From positions 1-51,398 of the forward strand of contig JAHJSY010000002.1 of NCBI GenBank assembly GCA_018830125.1: a stretch of 51,398 nt of DNA, in the 5' to 3' direction. The notes under the pieces were generated by a model, which was given only the letters and a program-made list of their open reading frames with translations, was not told the DNA's origin and searched no databases. The translations under genes and the position numbers were made by a program. Position 1 is the first letter of the stretch, and each line of letters begins with the position of its first letter. Below, piece by piece: positions 30,781 to 35,679 of the stretch. This DNA is from Patescibacteria group bacterium. Lineage in GTDB: Bacteria; Patescibacteriota; Minisyncoccia; Minisyncoccales; GWA2-38-27.

Positions 30781-30939
30781 GTAGCACATTTAAGAGAGAT
30801 CAGAGGTCCGAGGGAAAAATATGACTTTGACCCACCAGGAAAAAGCCTAGAGCCGGGCTCTCATGAAACGGCCCAACACCTGACCTTCTGATCACTTATC
30901 GAAAGCCGCAATTGTTTACACAACATTTGCGGCTTTTTT
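30781..30939 (+). ncRNA. Candidate structured small RNA (possibly 6S-like) containing a 9-codon ORF
   Basis: Own promoter and terminator; closing stem gatcagaggtc (30798-30808) with gaccttctgatc (30882-30893); ORF MTLTHQEKA at 30821-30850 after gaggg. Confidence 0.5.
30902..30939 (+). terminator. Intrinsic terminator
   Basis: aaagccgcaa..ttgcggctttttt. Confidence 0.8.
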
Positions 30940-31055
30940 CTTGATTTTAATTTTATTGTACTTGACAATGCTAGATGGAGAGAATATAAAGAAGTATTGT
31001 TTTGAATCAGTTCTTTTAAAGGTAAAGATAATTAGAGAAGAAAGGAAGGTGTCTT

Positions 31056-31811
31056 ATGTGTCGGAAAGCGTTAATGGTTATTTTGTTAGGAGTTTCTATC
31101 GCTCATACCTCAGAAGGAGAAGAAAGAATCAGGCTACTTTTAGACATACCTCTCGATCTGCAGTTCAGCACACCTTCTGTAAAAGAAGTTAGCAACGTGT
31201 TTGAATCTATCAGAAATGTGCCGATTCACGAAGATGACCCATGGGGGACACCCGGTGTAATTGCTAAAAATAGAGGGGATGCTCCCTGGATAGTCGAACT
31301 TAGATTTTTAAATCTTGGAGTAGAGGTAGATTTGGACCCAACCGTCTGGAAGAACTATTTTGACCTTAGTTGGAATATTGGCCATTGGCTTATGATTGGA
31401 TCCGATGCTCAAGAGCGTAATTACACAAATGCTCCCGGAACAGAACAGCGAGGATATGGAGCAGCTCTTACTTTTTGGACTCCTGGATATAGTCGTATTA
31501 TACCCGGCTTCAGAACAGAATTTCATTTTGAAAACAATTGGTTTGTTGGCGCTGGTTTTCGGAAGTACGACCTAGAGATTATTACAGGATATGATCGTTA
31601 CGACAAACTAAAACACAGAAGTCACACGGACATTGGCGAAATCTTTGAAACAAGCGTTTTTGTAGGGTGGAATAGAGTAGAAGATGATAGTACGGCGGGT
31701 TTCCGTGTGGGCGCTAATTTCAATAGCTATAATGGAAAAGATGGATACCGCGCCATTGATGTTGAGACGAATAAAGTTTCCTTTTTTCTATCACTCTGCC
31801 TTAGTTATTAA
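31056..31811 (+). CDS. Exported protein, beta-barrel-like
   Basis: SD aggaagg, signal peptide, amphipathic strands (FRTEFHF, WFVGAGF, FRVGANF), C-terminal FFLSLCLSY; promoter TTGACA-N17-TATAAA at 30962. Confidence 0.55.
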   Translation: MCRKALMVILLGVSIAHTSEGEERIRLLLDIPLDLQFSTPSVKEVSNVFESIRNVPIHEDDPWGTPGVIAKNRGDAPWIVELRFLNLGVEVDLDPTVWKNYFDLSWNIGHWLMIGSDAQERNYTNAPGTEQRGYGAALTFWTPGYSRIIPGFRTEFHFENNWFVGAGFRKYDLEIITGYDRYDKLKHRSHTDIGEIFETSVFVGWNRVEDDSTAGFRVGANFNSYNGKDGYRAIDVETNKVSFFLSLCLSY

Positions 31812-31847
31812 ACGGCCCGAGACCCGATCTTTCGGATCTCTTGCCTC

Positions 31848-31886
31848 AAAGTCGTGACTGCTTTTCACAGCATCCACGACTTTTTT
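31848..31886 (+). terminator. Intrinsic terminator homologous to 30902-30939
   Basis: aaagtcgtg..cacgactttttt, with compensatory changes relative to the first copy. Confidence 0.8.
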
Positions 31887-31887
31887 A

Positions 31888-31928
31888 TTGATTTTAAATT
31901 TAGAAAGAGTAAGGTGACAATAAAGTAA
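31888..31928 (+). repeat. 41-bp promoter module, copy 1
   Basis: ttgattttaaatttagaaagagtaaggtgacaataaagtaa identical to 32915-32955. Confidence 0.9.
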
Positions 31929-31976
31929 ACATTGTTATTTAAAAATAGAAGATAGAATTTTTTAAGGAAATAGAAA

Positions 31977-32450
31977 ATGAAAGCTACAGTTCTTTCCACG
32001 GATTTTGTTTTAGAGATTAGCGGTGTAAGATACCGTCATCATCCAAATGGCGGAGGTCTTGTAGCGGAGACGGCCAAAGTAGCTAAAACTGCCTATGTGG
32101 GACCGTTTGCTTGGGTCCATGGCCATGTTAGGGTTCTTGATAACGTCAAGATTCTTGATTGTGCTCAAATCTTTGGCCATGTTCAACTCTCTGGCAACGT
32201 TAGGGTCTTCGATCACGCTCAGGTTTCTGGATATGCTGAGGTCTCTGGTAGTGCTTGGATCTATGGTTACGCTCAGGTCTCTAACCATGCCAAAATCTCT
32301 AGTTATGTCCGAATTTCTGGTCATGCTCGGATCCTTGACTTTGTTCAGGTCGCTGGCGATGTCCAGGTATTTGGTCATCCTCGGCTTTATGGCGGCAATC
32401 TCAAGGTCTCAGGCCAGACTCAAATCTTCGGTAAGGTTTTTCTTTCTTAA
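31977..32450 (+). CDS. Left-handed beta-helix (hexapeptide repeat) protein
   Basis: HPNGGGLVAETAKV..AYVGP followed by A-x-V/I-x-G/D-x hexapeptides. Confidence 0.8.
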   Translation: MKATVLSTDFVLEISGVRYRHHPNGGGLVAETAKVAKTAYVGPFAWVHGHVRVLDNVKILDCAQIFGHVQLSGNVRVFDHAQVSGYAEVSGSAWIYGYAQVSNHAKISSYVRISGHARILDFVQVAGDVQVFGHPRLYGGNLKVSGQTQIFGKVFLS

Positions 32451-32465
32451 CACAAAGTTTCCTAT

Positions 32466-32495
32466 AAGCTCTGCCATCATGGCAGAGCTTTTTTT
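32466..32495 (+). terminator. Intrinsic terminator
   Basis: aagctctgccat-c-atggcagagctt followed by a T-run. Confidence 0.85.
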
Positions 32496-32501
32496 GTGCA
32501 T

Positions 32502-32549
32502 CCATCGTCGGGCCTCTACGCAACTCTTCTTCGTTATTTCAACTTGATT
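32502..32549 (+). repeat. Palindromic element copy D (short, hairpin-less form)
   Basis: ccatcgtcgggcctctacgcaactcttcttcgttatttcaacttgatt matches the flanks of copies A/B without the central hairpin. Confidence 0.7.
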
Positions 32550-32615
32550 TTCAAGTAAAATAAGGGTATTCTGAAATAACGTTCATTTTTGTTCATTAAT
32601 GTAAAAGGAGACAAG

Positions 32616-32810
32616 ATGGCTCAAGAAAAAGAAGGAAAAGATATCACAGCTAGAACTGTAGGTGACTCGTTAGGCAGTTCTTATTGGGATAGAACAGACC
32701 GCATACAGAGTATGGGTCAAACGCCACTATGTTGTGGAAAGCCGATGGTTGCCGAAGATGATCATGGCAGATTCAGCTGTTCCACGTGTGGTGGTCGTAG
32801 CTCTTTTTAA
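32616..32810 (+). CDS. Small Cys-rich zinc-ribbon protein (64 aa)
   Basis: SD aggag; CCGKPM..FSCSTCG; promoter TTGATT-N17-TATTCT at 32544; own terminator. Confidence 0.65.
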   Translation: MAQEKEGKDITARTVGDSLGSSYWDRTDRIQSMGQTPLCCGKPMVAEDDHGRFSCSTCGGRSSF

Positions 32811-32833
32811 ATAATCCAAGTAGAAATTATATC

Positions 32834-32870
32834 CCCGCCAATAGGAAGCTTTCCTATTAGGCGGGTTTTT
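32834..32870 (+). terminator. Intrinsic terminator
   Basis: cccgccaataggaa..ttcctattaggcgggttttt. Confidence 0.8.
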
Positions 32871-32914
32871 ATTTTTATGGCACTCATGGACTATTTTTAC
32901 TTGTGCTTTTTTCC

Positions 32915-32955
32915 TTGATTTTAAATTTAGAAAGAGTAAGGTGACAATAAAGTAA
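32915..32955 (+). repeat. 41-bp promoter module, copy 2
   Basis: Identical to 31888-31928, followed by an extra acaataaagt duplication. Confidence 0.9.
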
Positions 32956-32992
32956 CAATAAAGTGAACATTGTTCATTGAAAGGAGGTTATT

Positions 32993-33343
32993 ATGCCCGG
33001 AACCAACATCTCAACACTTTGTGTGGCTTGTTGTTCAGAAGAAAATCCAGTAGACATGGCAAATAATTTCGAATGTCGAAGATGTAACGGATCAATGCAT
33101 CATGACTGTTGGAAAGCTAACGGTAAGGATCTCTGCCCCAACTGTCTTAGAAGAATAACGATAATCGAAATTTTAAGCGAAGTTCATGTGCGTAGCTCTA
33201 ACGACCCGGAAGTATTGTGCGCAGGCACTTTCCATGATTTTAATTACGACCAGAAAAACCTGTCAGAACTCAGAAAGATCCAAGCGCTTCAGAATGAGCT
33301 TTTCATGGCTTGCAGAAAAACAAAGGAAGGATGGGCGTTATAA
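32993..33343 (+). CDS. PHD/prokaryotic-RING-like C4HC3 zinc-finger protein
   Basis: SD aggagg; CVAC..CRRC-x4-H-x2-CW..CPNC. Confidence 0.65.
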   Translation: MPGTNISTLCVACCSEENPVDMANNFECRRCNGSMHHDCWKANGKDLCPNCLRRITIIEILSEVHVRSSNDPEVLCAGTFHDFNYDQKNLSELRKIQALQNELFMACRKTKEGWAL

Positions 33344-33371
33344 TTTAATGCCCTAAAGTAGAAAAAACTAT

Positions 33372-33401
33372 AGGTCGCGACAAATGTCAGCGACCTTTTT
33401 T
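33372..33401 (+). terminator. Intrinsic terminator
   Basis: aggtcgc..gcgacctttttt. Confidence 0.8.
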
Positions 33402-33556
33402 ATTTCCCAAAAATCACCGCAATCATACATGTCCAACACCTGGTGTTGGACAAGGTGTTGGACAACGAAAGGTCGTTCGTAGAGAGGCCCGCCCACCGTC
33501 GGAGGTCCGCACCTCGGATAGCGATCCGAGGTCGGACCTCTACGCAACTCTTCTTC
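33397..33556. repeat. GC-rich multi-hairpin repeat, copy A
   Basis: 160 bp identical to 34161-34320 except 2 nt in a hairpin loop; hairpins at 33430-33452 and 33502-33540. Confidence 0.95.
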
Positions 33557-33680
33557 TTTATTTTTAACTTGCTTTTGAGCTCAAACAGGAGTAAATTAGA
33601 CATAAAGACAATGAAAATTTAATTTGTAAAATATGGATTAAGAAAAATCGCTCCTGACCCCATTTCCACTTGATTCAGTC

Positions 33681-33709
33681 TTGACAGTGCTTTTTGATTA
33701 TTATATGAT
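33681..33709 (+). promoter_or_regulatory. Promoter TTGACA-N17-TATGAT
   Basis: Near-consensus hexamers upstream of the 33765 ORF. Confidence 0.7.
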
Positions 33710-33764
33710 GACATTGTGGTTTTCTATTTCAGTAAATCAATTAGATCTTTTTATGAGGTGTACT

Positions 33765-34100
33765 ATGTTTACACAACCGAGCACAGAACCGATCCTTGGA
33801 GGAACAGCGATAGTGAACAGTGGCTTCGGTAATCGTTGCGTTATTTGCGGACACCACTTCGATGAATGTGGTATTTGCAACTTCGGACATTATCAGGGTA
33901 AAACTTATTACTATCCACCGGCCGAAAAGCCATCCTCAAGGAATCCTGTCGTTGCACAGGAGAAAAGCGAAGACAAAGTTGTTTGTCAGGTGTTTAGCAG
34001 TTGTCGTTGTACTATCTGCGGAAGCTATTTCGGAGATGGTGATGATATCTGCGCTAACGGCCACGAAATTGGCCAAGCATACACCAAAATAGCGAGTTAA
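33765..34100 (+). CDS. Protein with two duplicated C-x2-C..C-x2-G-H zinc-binding modules (111 aa)
   Basis: SD gaggtg; RCVICGHHFDECGICNFGHYQGKTY and RCTICGSYFGDGDDICANGHEIGQAY. Confidence 0.65.
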   Translation: MFTQPSTEPILGGTAIVNSGFGNRCVICGHHFDECGICNFGHYQGKTYYYPPAEKPSSRNPVVAQEKSEDKVVCQVFSSCRCTICGSYFGDGDDICANGHEIGQAYTKIAS

Positions 34101-34136
34101 CATACTCGCCATACAAGCTTTTCAACCAAACCCAAC

Positions 34137-34165
34137 GGGCGTCAAATTAAACTGACGCCCTTTTT
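34137..34165 (+). terminator. Intrinsic terminator
   Basis: gggcgtca..tgacgcccttttt. Confidence 0.8.
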
Positions 34166-34435
34166 ATTTCCCAAAAATCACCGCAATCATACATGTCCAA
34201 CACCTGGTGTTGGACAAGGTGTTGGACAACGAAAGGTCGTTCGTAGAGAGGCCCGCCCACCGTCGGAGGTCCGCACCTCGGATCGCTATCCGAGGTCGGA
34301 CCTCTACGCAACTCTTCTTCGTCATCATCGTCTGGACGTCCGACGTCCAGACTTCGACCTTGAGGAGGAGTAAATGAAGGAGGCTCGACCTCATTCATTA
34401 CGACGGGAAAGGCCGTTCCTTGAGGAGTGATTTTC
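34161..34435. repeat. GC-rich multi-hairpin repeat, copy B (longest; bounded by AAAATCAC..GTGATTTT)
   Basis: Copy of A plus extra hairpins at 34330-34352 and 34373-34399; ccttgaggag direct repeat at 34358 and 34418. Confidence 0.9.
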
Positions 34436-34512
34436 TTGATTTTTAAGCAAAAAGAGAGTAAATTAGAAGTATGAAGAAATGTTTTGAAAAATTTAATAAT
34501 AAAGATTAGTTC

Positions 34513-34908
34513 ATGGAAGATTATTTAATAAAGTTTATTGAATGGACAAAATTAAAAATTAGAATCCATATCAAACCCGAAGATAAGATTTATTTTCACG
34601 AACGTGAAGTTTGGTGGGCAAGTTTAGGGGCAAATATTGGTTTTGAACAAGACGGAAAAAATATTAAATTTGAAAGACCCATATTAATTTTGAGAAAATT
34701 TGGAGGAGAAATGCTTTGGGCGTTACCTATGACGACTAAAGAAAAAACTGGTAGATTTTATTACCAGTTTGAGCATAAGGGTCAAAAGTATTCAGTTATT
34801 TTATCTCAATTAAGATTGATAAGTAGCAAGAGGCTGTTGCGTAAAATTAGAACTTTTCCAGAAGACGATTTCAAAAAAGTAAGGAATAGAATAAGAAGAT
34901 TGTTATAA
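34513..34908 (+). CDS. PemK/MazF-family endoribonuclease toxin-like protein (no adjacent antitoxin ORF)
   Basis: EREVWWASLGANIGFEQDGK..FERPILIL, ALPMTT, LSQLRLISSKRL motifs of the MazF/PemK fold. Confidence 0.8.
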   Translation: MEDYLIKFIEWTKLKIRIHIKPEDKIYFHEREVWWASLGANIGFEQDGKNIKFERPILILRKFGGEMLWALPMTTKEKTGRFYYQFEHKGQKYSVILSQLRLISSKRLLRKIRTFPEDDFKKVRNRIRRLL

Positions 34909-34966
34909 AAAACGATCCCCGTATTTTCAAAGAAAATGCGGGGTCTCGGAGCCCGAAGGCCAATAT
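34907..34966 (-). ncRNA. Candidate ~60-nt convergent small RNA (putative RNA antitoxin)
   Basis: Minus-strand TTGACA(35001-34996)-N17-TAATAT(34978-34973); ggcc-UUCG-ggcu hairpin; then a long stem followed by a U-run. Confidence 0.5.
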
Positions 34967-35040
34967 GTTTGTATATTAGTATAATAGCAGACGCTTGTCA
35001 AGTGGAAAAAATCAACGCAATCCTTCACAAGCAATTCCAT

Positions 35041-35075
35041 CGGCGTCACGATCTAAATCGTAGACGTCGTTTTTT
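35041..35075 (+). terminator. Terminator-like hairpin with no directly adjacent ORF
   Basis: cggcgtcacgat-ctaa-atcgtagacgtcg followed by tttttt. Confidence 0.6.
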
Positions 35076-35140
35076 ATTCCCCCATAACTCTCAGTAAATA
35101 GGGGACGCATCACTTTTAAACGGGATTTTAGTCATTTTAT

Positions 35141-35249
35141 GAAAATCACTGCTTAAGGAATGACGGAAGAGTTGCGTAGAGGTCCGACCTCGCCCGCTCT
35201 GGGCGGGCACCTTTAGAGGTGCGGACCTCCGACGGTGACGGTGATTTTC
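35141..35249 (-). repeat. Palindromic element copy C (inverted, different core)
   Basis: Reverse complement shares caccgtcggaggtccgcacctc and gaggtcggacctctacgcaactcttc with A/B; ends GAAAATCAC / GTGATTTTC. Confidence 0.85.
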
Positions 35250-35259
35250 GACGATGACT

Positions 35260-35286
35260 AAATACGAAGGTTGAACCTTCGTATTT
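35260..35286. repeat. REP-like hairpin aaatacgaagg-ttgaa-ccttcgtattt
   Basis: Perfect 11-bp arms, 5-nt loop. Confidence 0.8.
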
Positions 35287-35319
35287 TGTTTTTTGGGTTC
35301 ATCTGGCATAATGAAATAT

Positions 35320-35574
35320 ATGAAAAGAATATTTTATATTATAAGTTTTAGTTTTCTAGGATTGTTGTTACAGATTTTAGTTCATGCTTTGATTGAGATT
35401 TTGTATATAGGGTTACTTGTGGGGGATTATAATAAATATGCCCTAGGTTTTTCTTGGGGTCAGTTGGTATTGATTCATCACATAGGAACCGTTATCCTCG
35501 TTATACTTGGTCTTTTGTTTGGTTTTTGGCAAGGAAAATATTGGTGGAAAAGATTGTACGAAGATAAAAAGTAA
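35320..35574 (+). CDS. Small two-TM membrane protein
   Basis: Two hydrophobic segments, GFWQGKYWW C-terminus; likely leaderless after TGGCATAAT. Confidence 0.65.
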   Translation: MKRIFYIISFSFLGLLLQILVHALIEILYIGLLVGDYNKYALGFSWGQLVLIHHIGTVILVILGLLFGFWQGKYWWKRLYEDKK

Positions 35575-35607
35575 ATAGGGTCAGACACTGACAGCGAAGC
35601 GGGAATT

Positions 35608-35629
35608 AAGGAGCCAGGCTCCTTTTTTT
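35608..35629 (+). terminator. Intrinsic terminator
   Basis: aaggagc-cag-gctcc followed by a T-run. Confidence 0.75.
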
Positions 35630-35679
35630 GCTTTGAATTTTTGGTTTAATGTGATAGAATCATGCTATAATAAATATAA

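Noticed and set aside
30801..30825. SRP RNA (caggtccggaaggaagcag-like word)
   Set aside because: Only a superficial match (cagaggtccgagggaaaaat); the AGCAG half of the conserved helix-8 loop is missing and the flanks do not pair as in SRP.
30941..31192. 83-aa ORF overlapping 31056..31811
   Set aside because: TTG start inside the promoter region, no SD, overlaps a better-supported gene.
32010..32547. Overlapping ORFs 32010..32378 (-) and 32095..32547 (+)
   Set aside because: Shadow frames of the 18-nt-periodic hexapeptide gene.
33400..34398. Minus-strand ORFs 33400..33603, 34147..34398, 34164..34394 (also 35091..35309)
   Set aside because: They are translations of the GC-rich palindromic repeats, which lack stops by composition; no SD or protein-like features.
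33397..34435. CRISPR array
   Set aside because: The repeats are long, few and irregularly spaced, with whole genes between them; no repeat-spacer periodicity and no cas genes.
30747..35629. Classical integron/attC cassette array
   Set aside because: No intI in the window. Some stops read TAAC, but I found no matching RYYYAAC..GTTRRRY box pairs, and the units have their own promoters and terminators.
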